NCBI GenBank assembly: GCA_964344975.1
Contig: CAYFPK010000001.1
Coordinates: 15,485 to 79,484 of the forward strand
Length of the DNA stretch: 64,000 nt
From: Candidatus Woesearchaeota archaeon
GTDB taxonomy: Archaea > Nanobdellota > Nanobdellia > SCGC-AAA011-G17 > GW2011-AR18
Direction of reading: 5' to 3'
Part shown: positions 38,383-48,059 of the stretch, one piece after another
Position numbering within the stretch: position 1 is the stretch's first letter
Layout of the letters: each line of letters opens with the position of its first letter
The notes under the pieces: generated by a model
Databases searched by the model: none
What the model saw: the letters and a program-made list of their open reading frames with translations, nothing else
What the model was told of the DNA's origin: nothing
Program-made: the position numbers and the translations under genes

Positions 38383-40770
38383 TTATCGTAGCCTATTTCT
38401 AAACGATCGACGAATAAATATCTCAATCAAATAGACAATTAACGCAAGCAACAAAAACGGCCACGCGTAATAGGTTCGCTCATACACCGCCTTCTGAGAA
38501 GCAGAACGCAAGAACACTTCAATACCATCAACATCAGCAGGATCAAACATATGCCCACCAGTACCTTCAACAATACGAGATAAATCCTTGTTAAAGCCGA
38601 CACGCTTATACTCCGTTGGCCCATTGATAGCATACGTCGCACCTAAAAGCGTATGAAACCCAACATCTTCAGCGACAAGCACACCTTCATATAAATTATC
38701 AGCAAACTTGACAAAAGAAACAGAGTCAGAGACAGGCTGCGAAGAAGACTTCACACGAACGGTGATGGTATCACCAACAGCAGCATCACTGATATCAACA
38801 AAATATTCATTCTTTCGTTCAGGATCGCCAATAGCCCAATTCACCATACGAGTAAGAACCTGCGAATTACCACGACTCAAAATTTCAGGCGCATACGCGG
38901 TCCCATCATCTAAGGTAAAGCTAGCAACACGACCAAGTCCGTACCGCCAAACCGTTAATGCAGGATCCCCTTGTGACGTAGTCAGAAGTAAATGCGCAGC
39001 AGCCTTAGGCACAACGGTGTTAAAACCATACACAGCAGCAGAAATGTCACCTAAATCTTGCGTGATAAAATGATGTTCATTTAAAACAGTTAAATGTTGC
39101 ACCGCAGCACCAGAATCGTCCGGGTCACCAAACAATAATTTAATACGCTCCTTCTCTGCAGCCTTAAAATACGCACCATGCCCATAATCCGCGATACGTT
39201 GCATCACATCATCGTTGGTCCGCCCACCAACACCGATGGTGTAAATACGCACACCCGCATCAGCAGCCCGAGCAGCGGCACGCAGAGCTTCATCATACCC
39301 CTGCGTTTTCCCATCAGAAATTAAAATAATATTTTTATCACCAGAAACCGAAGAAAGCATCTCCACACCAGCCATGATACCGACATCAATTTTTGTACCA
39401 CCCAAATCACTCAACGCAGCAACATCATCAACTAAGTCCACTTGCTCAAGTAACATCTTCATTTCAGCGATAGTGTACGGCACCGTATTAAAGGCAATAA
39501 AACCCACACGGTTGAGCACACCAATGTCACTTAACACCCCTAAAGCAATTGCTTTTTCCACATCAACTGCTTTATCACCAGCAACTAAAGAACCGGTACT
39601 ACCTGAGATATCCATAACAACAACAATGTTAATGTCACCTTGCTTTTTTCCGGCCTGCGCAACATACACAGGCAACACCTGCTCAAAGACAGAACCTTTG
39701 TAATCGCTTGCATCATACGCCTGTGGTCCACCAAAAACAACTAAACCGTTACCATCAGCAACAAAGCTAGACACTGAAGACACTGAAGGGTCAACTAAAG
39801 CAGCAGGCGTGTTTGAGACAACTAAAGCGGTGTATGGATCTAAAGCATCTAAAGATTCAAGCTCAACTAAATCATAGATAGGAGAAAAGAGTTCAACCAA
39901 AGGTGACGTGCCAAGGCTATACAAGCCAACCTTCGGCTTGGGTACAACTTTCACGGTTTTGTAAAAGACATTATTCGATGCAAAAGTATCTTGTACGGGT
40001 AGAGTCGCAACAATTTCGTGATACCCGCTTGAAAACGTTGCAGAAAACTGCCACCCAGAATCAACAGCACGTAAAGCAACAGGCATACCATCTAAGGTAA
40101 CAGTAGGTGCAGCGACACCACGATCAAGACTTTCATCGACAAAAATACCAAACGTGTTTTCCACATTCGCGGTAGTTTTCCCGGGACCAACGACACGCAC
40201 AGCAGCATCATACTCATCAGCAACAAGTTGCACAGCAGAAATGGTCGCGTTTAAAGAGGTAGCATACGTGGCAATATCTTCAAGAGACGAACCACTAGTG
40301 GTATACCCATCACTAACAAGTAAAAGGTTATCATGCTCACGCAAATGTGACAAAACACCATCACCTAAATCCGATACCGTGGCAAACCCAACAGGATTAT
40401 ATTCAACCCGTACACGTTCCGTTAAAGCGTCACGCAAAGTTGGCGCAACGTTTGCATCAAAAAGGGTAAACGAATCTGACGCATCAGCCAAAATATGTAC
40501 ACGCGGATCACCAGAAACCGTATGCGTATCATAGGTGTACGGCAAAGAAAGTGCAATAAGCAGTAAAAAGAAAATTAAGCTACGAGAGAACAAAAAGAAA
40601 ACACGTAACCGTGAACGATATTTTGCTAAACGTTCTGAAGTAAACGTTTTATGTTTAGCTTCATCTTGCAAATAAAAATATAAAAAGATAAAGAGCGGAA
40701 CAATGGCAAGCATAAACAGGGGCTTTTCAAAAAACTGATACAAGACCGTTAACAAATCAGCAAGAACCAC
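38383..40770 (-). CDS. membrane-anchored von Willebrand factor A (vWA) domain protein, BatB-like
   Basis: N-terminal double TM, vWA MIDAS motif (VVVMDISGSTGSL), C-terminal TM (WPFLLLALIVYLIEIFI). 795 aa. Confidence 0.6.
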   Translation of the reverse strand: MVLADLLTVLYQFFEKPLFMLAIVPLFIFLYFYLQDEAKHKTFTSERLAKYRSRLRVFFLFSRSLIFFLLLIALSLPYTYDTHTVSGDPRVHILADASDSFTLFDANVAPTLRDALTERVRVEYNPVGFATVSDLGDGVLSHLREHDNLLLVSDGYTTSGSSLEDIATYATSLNATISAVQLVADEYDAAVRVVGPGKTTANVENTFGIFVDESLDRGVAAPTVTLDGMPVALRAVDSGWQFSATFSSGYHEIVATLPVQDTFASNNVFYKTVKVVPKPKVGLYSLGTSPLVELFSPIYDLVELESLDALDPYTALVVSNTPAALVDPSVSSVSSFVADGNGLVVFGGPQAYDASDYKGSVFEQVLPVYVAQAGKKQGDINIVVVMDISGSTGSLVAGDKAVDVEKAIALGVLSDIGVLNRVGFIAFNTVPYTIAEMKMLLEQVDLVDDVAALSDLGGTKIDVGIMAGVEMLSSVSGDKNIILISDGKTQGYDEALRAAARAADAGVRIYTIGVGGRTNDDVMQRIADYGHGAYFKAAEKERIKLLFGDPDDSGAAVQHLTVLNEHHFITQDLGDISAAVYGFNTVVPKAAAHLLLTTSQGDPALTVWRYGLGRVASFTLDDGTAYAPEILSRGNSQVLTRMVNWAIGDPERKNEYFVDISDAAVGDTITVRVKSSSQPVSDSVSFVKFADNLYEGVLVAEDVGFHTLLGATYAINGPTEYKRVGFNKDLSRIVEGTGGHMFDPADVDGIEVFLRSASQKAVYERTYYAWPFLLLALIVYLIEIFIRRSFRNRLR

Positions 40771-42546
40771 CTAAAACGCCCCCCGTCGTCGTAAAAAGAA
40801 AAGTTCAGCAAGTAGCAACACAAAAGCACACAGAGCAAGTAAAAACAAAAACGGTTGACGTACAGATTTTCGCACAACTGAAAATTCATATTGCGCTGAA
40901 GAAACAGCATCAGCCGCAGGCGTAGCAACAAGATGCGATTCACGCTCATCAGCTAAGTTTACAGCAACCTTGTGCCCACCGACGGTAAAGATACCAACTT
41001 TATCAAGTAACGTCAAATCAAGCAACCCCTGCGCACCAGGCGCAGACACAGAATCACCGGTACGCAAATTTACAGCAGACAACTCCGGCCACCCGCCAAG
41101 ATATTTTACCACACGTGACCAAAAGATCGGATACGAAGGAGAGAGCATAAAGTCACTTGAAGCAGCAGAAATACCAGAGTACAACACTTGGCCACCTGCA
41201 ATATCAGACAACACGATGATAGGCGTAGCATCAGCAGTTGCAAGCACAACAGCATCACCACCAAGAGTAGTGTTCACATAACTGGTTACAGCACCAAACT
41301 CAACATCTTGTGTTAAACGGTTCCCGCTATGTACAGAAACAACTCCATGTCCAGAGGTAGGACCAAAATCTACAGGAAGATATGTATCAAATCCAGCAAC
41401 ATTTCCTGAAAAAATAATACCGCCTCCATCAGTAGCAATACTTTCTAAGATTTCATCAACAGTACCATGCAAAACATCATCTAAAGTAATGTCAGCAAAC
41501 ACATACACATCATACCCAGAGGTAGGAACAATCGGCGGCTCAGCCACACGCACAGAAACAACACCGGACGCTTCAAGAGCAGCACGCATGTACCGCGCAT
41601 CCCCTGAAGTCACCAAAAGGACATCTAAAAAATCTTTATCAGGTACTGAAACAAACGCTTCATTGTCAACAGTAAAATCATCAGCAACATCTAAAGCAAT
41701 TTTCGTCACACCAGGTAAAGTAGAAAAGAGGTAGGGCTCAACCGCACCAGCAGATAAAGACAATTTAGTTTGTTCTACATCATTAACAAGGATAGGCACT
41801 TGTACAGGCGCATCCAAATAATTCTTTACATAGATAGACGTGGTACGCTCATCAACAGCAACATCTACAATACCTATGTTAGCCAAATCAGACTCAGCGT
41901 AAGAGATAAAGTCAACAACAATCTCGCGAGATTCTAAAAGACCTTTAGCAACATCAGGGTGCATACCTTTCGTTGAAATAAAATCACTAAGCACATACAC
42001 GCGTCCAGGCTCACCAGCTAACAACTCCCCCGCAAGAAGCACCGCATCACCGATAGCAGATTCAGTATCTGTTGCCTGTACAGAACGCAACAACCGTTGC
42101 GCAGCACCACGATCTGCATCTTCTAGTGCAAGCAACGGCGTCGACCCGGCTAAAATAATAGTTGTGGAATCAGAAACCAAAGATAAAGCACGCTCTTGCA
42201 TAGAGGCAAAGATCTCTTCACCAGAAACTTCTGCTTGCGTACTTGCAGACACATCAAGCACAATCACGGTATGATCAGCGGCAACATCCCGAGGTACATC
42301 CATCCACGGATCCGTGATAGCAAGGGCAAGTAAAATAAAAATAAGAAACTGTAGCCAAAAAAGAGGATCTGAGACAAATTTACGAAAAAACGTTTGATGA
42401 TGCGCTTTGTGAATATCCTTCATAAAAAACATAAGCGAAGGTACCTTTAGCTTTTCCGGACGCGGTTTAATTAAATATAAAATAATTAAAGGAATCAAAA
42501 ACAAAAAAGCAGCAAACCCTGCTGCATGTAACACCCCAAAAGCCAT
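40771..42546 (-). CDS. membrane-anchored vWA domain protein, BatA-like
   Basis: N-terminal double TM (AAFLFLIPLIILYLI...), MIDAS-like VIVLDVSASTQ, C-terminal TM. Directly abuts the downstream vWA gene (zero intergenic). Confidence 0.6.
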   Translation of the reverse strand: MAFGVLHAAGFAAFLFLIPLIILYLIKPRPEKLKVPSLMFFMKDIHKAHHQTFFRKFVSDPLFWLQFLIFILLALAITDPWMDVPRDVAADHTVIVLDVSASTQAEVSGEEIFASMQERALSLVSDSTTIILAGSTPLLALEDADRGAAQRLLRSVQATDTESAIGDAVLLAGELLAGEPGRVYVLSDFISTKGMHPDVAKGLLESREIVVDFISYAESDLANIGIVDVAVDERTTSIYVKNYLDAPVQVPILVNDVEQTKLSLSAGAVEPYLFSTLPGVTKIALDVADDFTVDNEAFVSVPDKDFLDVLLVTSGDARYMRAALEASGVVSVRVAEPPIVPTSGYDVYVFADITLDDVLHGTVDEILESIATDGGGIIFSGNVAGFDTYLPVDFGPTSGHGVVSVHSGNRLTQDVEFGAVTSYVNTTLGGDAVVLATADATPIIVLSDIAGGQVLYSGISAASSDFMLSPSYPIFWSRVVKYLGGWPELSAVNLRTGDSVSAPGAQGLLDLTLLDKVGIFTVGGHKVAVNLADERESHLVATPAADAVSSAQYEFSVVRKSVRQPFLFLLALCAFVLLLAELFFLRRRGAF

Positions 42547-42594
42547 AGAAGGTTTCTACAAAATCTGCTTTAAAAGACTTTTGCTAAAGGTAAA

Positions 42595-42718
42595 CGCCGC
42601 GGGCAGGATTTGAACCTACATATCCGTGAGGAAACCGGCTCTCTCGAACTCCGTTGGGAGTAGAAAGCTAAGCTTTCGTATTCAAGGCCGGCGCAATACC
42701 AGATTATGCGACCGCGGC
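42595..42718 (-). tRNA. tRNA-Ser (anticodon UGA) with a ~40-nt intron at the canonical 37/38 position
   Basis: Manual fold of the minus strand: acceptor GCCGCGG/CCGCGGC, D-arm, anticodon stem CCGGC/GCCGG with loop CUUGAA[intron]A (anticodon UGA), 15-nt variable arm with UCC/GGA stem (type II tRNA), T-arm GUAGG-UUCAAAU-CCUGC, discriminator G. Intron about 42641..42680. Needs confirmation with tRNAscan-SE / BHB-motif search. Confidence 0.6.
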
Positions 42719-42772
42719 ACAAGTAATGAAAAAAGAACCCAGCTTAAAAAAGTAACGAAAAAAAGAAAAAAA

Positions 42773-43150
42773 TTATTTTTTCCAGGCGTACTTGCCAGGA
42801 CCAAAGCTTGCCAAAGTTAAAGCCATCGCTACAATAAGCAAATCCCTCTCAAGACCAGCAACCACACCTTGTGGCAACTGTACAAAGACAATTGCAACAA
42901 CAATAATCGCAGCCAAGATAAGATTCGCCCACATATGCCAAAGACCAACTAAGATGGCTAAAGCACACAGCACTTCAACAACACCAACGATAGGACCTAA
43001 AAATGCAGGAAAGCCCATCGCAGCAAACTTGTCCATCGCCATGGAAGGGTTCAGCGCTTTAGGTACACCGTGCCATAAAAAAATAAAAACAAGCACAAGG
43101 CGGCTTAAAAGCAAACCGCCATCTTTGTACTTCGCAAGATCCACGTTCAT
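42773..43150 (-). CDS. DoxX-family membrane protein
   Basis: Four TM helices; LVFIFLWHGVPKAL is the DoxX pattern. ATGA overlap with the upstream DsbA-like gene. Confidence 0.55.
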   Translation of the reverse strand: MNVDLAKYKDGGLLLSRLVLVFIFLWHGVPKALNPSMAMDKFAAMGFPAFLGPIVGVVEVLCALAILVGLWHMWANLILAAIIVVAIVFVQLPQGVVAGLERDLLIVAMALTLASFGPGKYAWKK

Positions 43151-43875
43151 AGCTCCGCCTCGATGATTTGTTGGAACACAGCAAACGGTTGCGCACCACT
43201 AACCAGCTTTCCATTTACTAAGAAACCCGGCGTACCTTGTACACCACCAGCCTGACCAGCTTGCATGTCAGCTAAGATCCGAGGTTCATGTTTACCTGAT
43301 TCTACACAGGAATCAAAGTCAGCTCTGTTCAAACCAAGTTCGTCAGCCCAAATGCCAAAGGAAAACGCATTCATACCAGACTGCTGCTCAAAAATTTTGT
43401 CATGATACTCCCAAAACTTCCCCTGCTCACCTGCACACTCAGCGGCAACCGCCGCAGGCATTGCTAATTGGTGAAAACTTAGTGGAAAGTGGTGGAATTC
43501 TAAACGAACTTTCCCCGTATCTATATACTGCGTCTTAATTTGTTGATACGCATCACTGTAAAACCGTCCACAGAACGGACACTCAAAATCCGACCATTCC
43601 TGGATTAATACAGGCGCATCCTCTGAACCAATTGCGTGCGCGTCACCATCAGCAACAACACTAGGCCCAGAAGGTCTATTCTCTGCGTGCAAAAATGCAA
43701 AGCCCTGCGTTGCAATAGATGCAACAAGCAACACTAAAAGCACGACAGTTGCCGCTTGCCACTTCTTTTCGGCAAGCTCTTGAAAAAACGTATTTTCTGC
43801 CATATAATATATCAACTCCCTATATATTTTTGATAGAAGCACAAAGGAAGTACCCATTAAATAAGGTTGTGGCAA
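43147..43875 (-). CDS. DsbA-like thioredoxin-fold thiol:disulfide oxidoreductase, membrane-anchored
   Basis: N-terminal TM (ATVVLLVLLVASIATQGFAF) and CxxC active site in the DsbA context (WSDFECPFCGRFY). Confidence 0.65.
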   Translation of the reverse strand: MPQPYLMGTSFVLLSKIYRELIYYMAENTFFQELAEKKWQAATVVLLVLLVASIATQGFAFLHAENRPSGPSVVADGDAHAIGSEDAPVLIQEWSDFECPFCGRFYSDAYQQIKTQYIDTGKVRLEFHHFPLSFHQLAMPAAVAAECAGEQGKFWEYHDKIFEQQSGMNAFSFGIWADELGLNRADFDSCVESGKHEPRILADMQAGQAGGVQGTPGFLVNGKLVSGAQPFAVFQQIIEAEL

Positions 43876-43945
43876 AAACCATCAAAAAAAAAGAGGAGAA
43901 AAGAAGAAAAAAAGAAGAAAAAAAGCTTCTTAACGTTCACAAAGC

Positions 43946-44494
43946 CTAAATTTCCTTTTTCAAAAATAAGGCATACGACTTTCCTTTAGGCGTGCGAGCA
44001 ATAAGACCTTTCTTTTCAAAAGAACTAACAATTTGACTGACCTTCGCCTTTGAAAGATCACAACGCACACCAACCATATGTTGTGTAATCCCCTCTGCAG
44101 CAACTATAGTTGAAAGCACCTTACGCTCCGAAGGGTCTAACACTAAAGACAAGGTATCTAAACGTATTTTACGAACATCCATTCGTTGAGCAGCATCCAA
44201 ACGAGAAAGAATATCATCAGAACCCCGGTGAAAAAGAAGAAGATAAAAAGAGAAGCTTAAAAGAGCAACCACAAGCCCCACAGCAATGTGAGAAAGATTC
44301 AAACTTTGACTAATTTGGATACAATCTGCAGAAATACTACACCCTAAAGACATACTTTGCGATTGCAACTGTGCAACAACAAAATAAAGAAAAAGAGCAA
44401 AGAAGAGGCTAAAACCAAGTAAAATGAGACCTAACTTTTTACGTTCCACAAATAAAACAGTAAAAGGCAGCTTTAAATAAATTGCGAAAAGCAA
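43946..44494 (-). CDS. membrane-anchored winged-helix regulator (start uncertain)
   Basis: Two N-terminal TM segments, then a C-terminal wHTH (LDPSERKVLSTIVAAEGITQHMVGVRCDLSKAKVSQIVSSFEKKGLI). Only 6 bp separate this start from the divergent topA start, so one of the two starts may be wrong. Confidence 0.4.
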   Translation of the reverse strand: MLFAIYLKLPFTVLFVERKKLGLILLGFSLFFALFLYFVVAQLQSQSMSLGCSISADCIQISQSLNLSHIAVGLVVALLSFSFYLLLFHRGSDDILSRLDAAQRMDVRKIRLDTLSLVLDPSERKVLSTIVAAEGITQHMVGVRCDLSKAKVSQIVSSFEKKGLIARTPKGKSYALFLKKEI

Positions 44495-44500
44495 AAGATC

Positions 44501-46687
44501 ATGTCCTACGAATTAATCATTGCCGAAAAACCATCTGCAGCAAAAAAAATCGCAGAAAGCCTAGCAGACAAAAAACCTAAAGCAACAAAGGTTGGCAAAG
44601 TAAAATATTACAAAATTACACACGAAAAAAAAGATATTATTGTCTGCTCTGCAGTAGGACACTTGTTTGGATTAAAAGAAAAAGACAAGAAAGGTTGGAC
44701 ATACCCCACATTTTCCTACGAATGGCAACCCACATTCATCATAGATAAAAAGGCAGGCTACACAAAAGAATACTATGATGTGTTAGTAAAGCTAGTAAAA
44801 GATGCAAAAAAGTTCACGGTCGCAACAGACTACGACGCTGAGGGCGAAGTAATAGGCTACAACATCATCAAATACATAGCTAAGAAAAAAGACGCAAAGA
44901 GAATGAAATTCTCAACCATGACCAAAGATGAGTTAAGAGAAAGTTATCAAAAGGCACAAAAACACCTAGATCACGCACAAGCACAGGCGGGTTTAACAAG
45001 ACACCAGCTAGACTGGTTATGGGGCATTAACCTTTCTCGCGCACTTACACTTTCCATAAAAAACGCAACAAACAGATTCAAGATACTTTCTACAGGCCGT
45101 GTGCAAGGCCCCGCACTCCACTTACTAGCTGAAAAAGAAAAAGAGATTCAAAAATTCAAGCCAACACTGTACTGGGAGTTACCCACAACAGGTGTAGTAA
45201 GAAAAACAGCAATTGAAGCTGAACATAAAAAAGGGAAATTTACAGATAAAAAACAGGCACAAAAGATCTACAAAAAGGTGCAAGGAAAAAATGGTGAGGT
45301 AACCCAGATCAAAGCCACGAATAAAAAGATTCCACCCCCCCACCCGTTCGATTTAACTAGCCTACAGATCGAAGCCTATAGAGTTGGCGGCATCACACCA
45401 AAGAAAACGCTAGAATACGCCCAGAGCCTATACAGCGATGGATATATTTCTTATCCAAGAACATCATCACAAAAGTTACCCGCTTCTATTAACTACAAAA
45501 AGATTCTCAAAAAGCTAGCAAAACAGTTCCCTAAAGAAGCAGAGTTTGTGTTAAACACAAAACTACAACCCAACGAAGGAAAAAAACAAGACGCAGCCCA
45601 CCCGGCAATATACCCGACAGGCAACGTGCCCGCAAAAAAAGTGCAAGGCCAAGAAAAGAAAGTATACGAGCTAATCGTAAGAAGATTTTTTGCAACATTT
45701 GGGCAAGCGGCAACACGGCAAACAATTACAATAACAATAGACATCGCAAAAGAACCTTTTATTACAAAAGGAACCAGAACAATAGAGCAAGGGTGGTACG
45801 ATTTATACTCTAAAAAATTCACCAAGGCAACTGAAGAAGAACTGCCCAAGGTAGAAAAAGGCGACAAAGTAACAAAAATAAAGGTAAAGTTGGAAGAAAA
45901 AGAAACGCAACCTCCAAGAAGATACTCTGAAGCATCGATCATTAAAGCGCTTGAAAAAGAAAATTTGGGAACAAAATCTACGCGCGCAAATGTGATCCAA
46001 AACCTCTACGATCGAAGTTACATTGAAGGAAAATCAATTAAAGTAACAGACCTAGGCATGACCACAGTAAAAACGCTCAACAAATACTGCCCAGAGATTT
46101 TAGACGAAGAATTAACAAGAGATTTCGAAGTGGACATGGAAAAAATTATTGAAGAAAAAAGAAAACCCGAGAACATTCTTAAAAACGCAGAAAAGTTTTT
46201 GAAAAAAACATTAAAGAACTTTAAAGAACATGAAACCAAAATTGGCAAGGTATTAGGAAAATCTCACCAAGAGACACAAGAAAAACAAAGTTATCTAGGC
46301 CCATGCCCAGTGTGTAAAAAGGCAGACTTACAGATTAGAAGAGGGCGTTTTGGTTTTTTTGCTGCATGCAAAGGCTATCCTAAATGTGAAACAACCGCAT
46401 CGTTACCTAAAGCAAAAATTGAAAGTTTACATAAAGCGTGCGAAAGTTGCAAATGGCCAATGGTAAAAATAATTAAAGCAAAATCACGACCGTTTGACAC
46501 ATGTTTAAATTTAAAGTGTAAAACAAAAGAAGTAGACAAAAAGATAGCTAAACAAAAAAAGTTCTGTCCAAAATGTGAATCACAGTTGGTGTTAAGAAAA
46601 ACATTAAATGGCGCATTCTGGGCCTGCCCAGGCTTTCCTAAATGTAGACACATTGAGGCAATTGATAAGCCTAAAGCAAAAGCGTAA
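44501..46687 (+). CDS. topA: type IA DNA topoisomerase (topoisomerase I/III family) with C-terminal zinc ribbons
   Basis: Toprim (LIIAEKPSAAKKIA, ...DYDAEGE...), active-site Tyr region (GYISYPRTSSQ), and three C4 zinc-ribbon repeats (CPVCKK...CKGYPKC, CESCKW..., CPKCES...CPGFPKC). Confidence 0.8.
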   Translation: MSYELIIAEKPSAAKKIAESLADKKPKATKVGKVKYYKITHEKKDIIVCSAVGHLFGLKEKDKKGWTYPTFSYEWQPTFIIDKKAGYTKEYYDVLVKLVKDAKKFTVATDYDAEGEVIGYNIIKYIAKKKDAKRMKFSTMTKDELRESYQKAQKHLDHAQAQAGLTRHQLDWLWGINLSRALTLSIKNATNRFKILSTGRVQGPALHLLAEKEKEIQKFKPTLYWELPTTGVVRKTAIEAEHKKGKFTDKKQAQKIYKKVQGKNGEVTQIKATNKKIPPPHPFDLTSLQIEAYRVGGITPKKTLEYAQSLYSDGYISYPRTSSQKLPASINYKKILKKLAKQFPKEAEFVLNTKLQPNEGKKQDAAHPAIYPTGNVPAKKVQGQEKKVYELIVRRFFATFGQAATRQTITITIDIAKEPFITKGTRTIEQGWYDLYSKKFTKATEEELPKVEKGDKVTKIKVKLEEKETQPPRRYSEASIIKALEKENLGTKSTRANVIQNLYDRSYIEGKSIKVTDLGMTTVKTLNKYCPEILDEELTRDFEVDMEKIIEEKRKPENILKNAEKFLKKTLKNFKEHETKIGKVLGKSHQETQEKQSYLGPCPVCKKADLQIRRGRFGFFAACKGYPKCETTASLPKAKIESLHKACESCKWPMVKIIKAKSRPFDTCLNLKCKTKEVDKKIAKQKKFCPKCESQLVLRKTLNGAFWACPGFPKCRHIEAIDKPKAKA

Positions 46688-47300
46688 TTCCTTCTTGCAC
46701 AATTTCCATGGGACATTTCTTCCCATCAGGCTCTTCTAAAGCAAACTCACGAGGGTTTGTAGAGAGTAAAATAATATAACGACAAAATGTACGAAGAAGA
46801 TTTCCACCAACATTTTTCACGCCCCCAGTGGCAAAGTCAGCATAGACTTGGTTGATTAACAACACAGGAATAGATTGTTGGTTTAAACGAGACAAATGTT
46901 GTAATTGAGCAATCATAGATTGATTAGCAGCATCAGCATCTTCACGTAAAGCCATTCTATACAAATGACCGATGGTATCAACAACAACCAACGAAACATT
47001 GGTCGGCAAAGACAAAATTATTTTTTCTTGCTCCAAAAAACTACGACAGGGCAAAACAAAGAGGTTAGATAAATAAGAATCACATTCAGGGTCCAATTGG
47101 CGTAACCGGTCAAGAGAAAACCCTTCTTCGGTATCAATATAGATAACTTTACGGCCATACTTAGCTGCAATCAACGCAGCATGCATACCCAAAGTGGTTT
47201 TGCCTGAAGCAGGCTCACCGTAAATCATGGTTAAGACAGAATCAGGGTACCCACCAATAAAACGATCAACCGTATCTGACCCAGAACTAATTTTTGGCAT
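46671..47300 (-). CDS. radB: RadB-like RecA-family ATPase
   Basis: Walker A GEPASGKTT, Walker B VVVDTIGHLYR. Short (~209 aa) RadA paralog typical of archaeal RadB. Confidence 0.6.
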   Translation of the reverse strand: MPKISSGSDTVDRFIGGYPDSVLTMIYGEPASGKTTLGMHAALIAAKYGRKVIYIDTEEGFSLDRLRQLDPECDSYLSNLFVLPCRSFLEQEKIILSLPTNVSLVVVDTIGHLYRMALREDADAANQSMIAQLQHLSRLNQQSIPVLLINQVYADFATGGVKNVGGNLLRTFCRYIILLSTNPREFALEEPDGKKCPMEIVQEGITLLL

Positions 47301-47379
47301 ACAACATCATAAGAAGAGGTATATAAATAGACATCGAAAAAGACAGATTTAAAAGTTTTACGCAACTCCAAAGCAGATT

Positions 47380-47664
47380 ATGAACGATAAAGCGCGTGGA
47401 CTCGAAGATGTGTCGTTAGACGAAGCAGCAGAAATAGTAAAAGGACTTCTAGAGAGAAGAACCCGCGATTTAGCAGAAGCTGAAGCAGAAATAGCAGCAT
47501 TCAAAGAAAAAATAAACGGCTCAAAACCTTCACTAACCTTCACAGAGCCAATGATAAGCGCTATCGCCGAATATCGAATAAGAGTAGAGCAAGAAGAAGA
47601 AACCTGCCGACCCCTACTTGAAAAGTACGATAAGTACGTAGAAAGCCAGACCTACGGGAAATAA
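47380..47664 (+). CDS. hypothetical helical protein
   Basis: 94 aa, coiled-coil character. Confidence 0.3.
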   Translation: MNDKARGLEDVSLDEAAEIVKGLLERRTRDLAEAEAEIAAFKEKINGSKPSLTFTEPMISAIAEYRIRVEQEEETCRPLLEKYDKYVESQTYGK

Positions 47665-47705
47665 AAAGGCTTATATACAAGTATACACACAAAGATGTAT
47701 ACACA

Positions 47706-48056
47706 ATGGAAGATATATTCAGCGCAACCATACTTTGTACCGAATGTAACCAGCCAACACAACGAAAAATAGAACAAAAAGACGGCTTTGAGTTACGCTC
47801 AGCACAGTGTAAGCGTTGTAACAAAGTATTCTATCATCCAGTAGACCTCCAGAGATTCCAAAAATTCAAAAATCTCAAAGAAAAGGAATTTACCGTCAAA
47901 CTCCGGATGGTAGGCAACTCCCATTGTATATCTATTCCAAAAGAAGTACTTTTATTTAGACAATTAGAACAACAACTAGATCAGTTAGTCAACCTTTCAT
48001 TACAAGGCCCAGATCAAATGATCATAACCTTTAAAAAAATCCAAAAACGGTGGTAA
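47706..48056 (+). CDS. Zn-ribbon plus AbrB/SpoVT-like small protein, immediately upstream of Cdc48
   Basis: CTECNQ...CKRCNK zinc ribbon. C-terminal RMVGNSHCISIPKEV resembles the AbrB/MazE swapped-hairpin motif. Stops 4 nt before the Cdc48 ATG. Confidence 0.4.
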   Translation: MEDIFSATILCTECNQPTQRKIEQKDGFELRSAQCKRCNKVFYHPVDLQRFQKFKNLKEKEFTVKLRMVGNSHCISIPKEVLLFRQLEQQLDQLVNLSLQGPDQMIITFKKIQKRW

Positions 48057-48059
48057 GAA

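Noticed and set aside
43876-43945. Purine-rich low-complexity tract (aaag/agga repeats) as a possible repeat element
   Set aside because: It is the short spacer between two minus-strand genes and is more likely a polypyrimidine or promoter-like spacer on the coding strand. No clear repeat unit.
45335-45341. C7 homopolymer inside topA as a possible frameshift site
   Set aside because: The frame reads through cleanly as IPPPHPF within a conserved region, so it is not a disruption.
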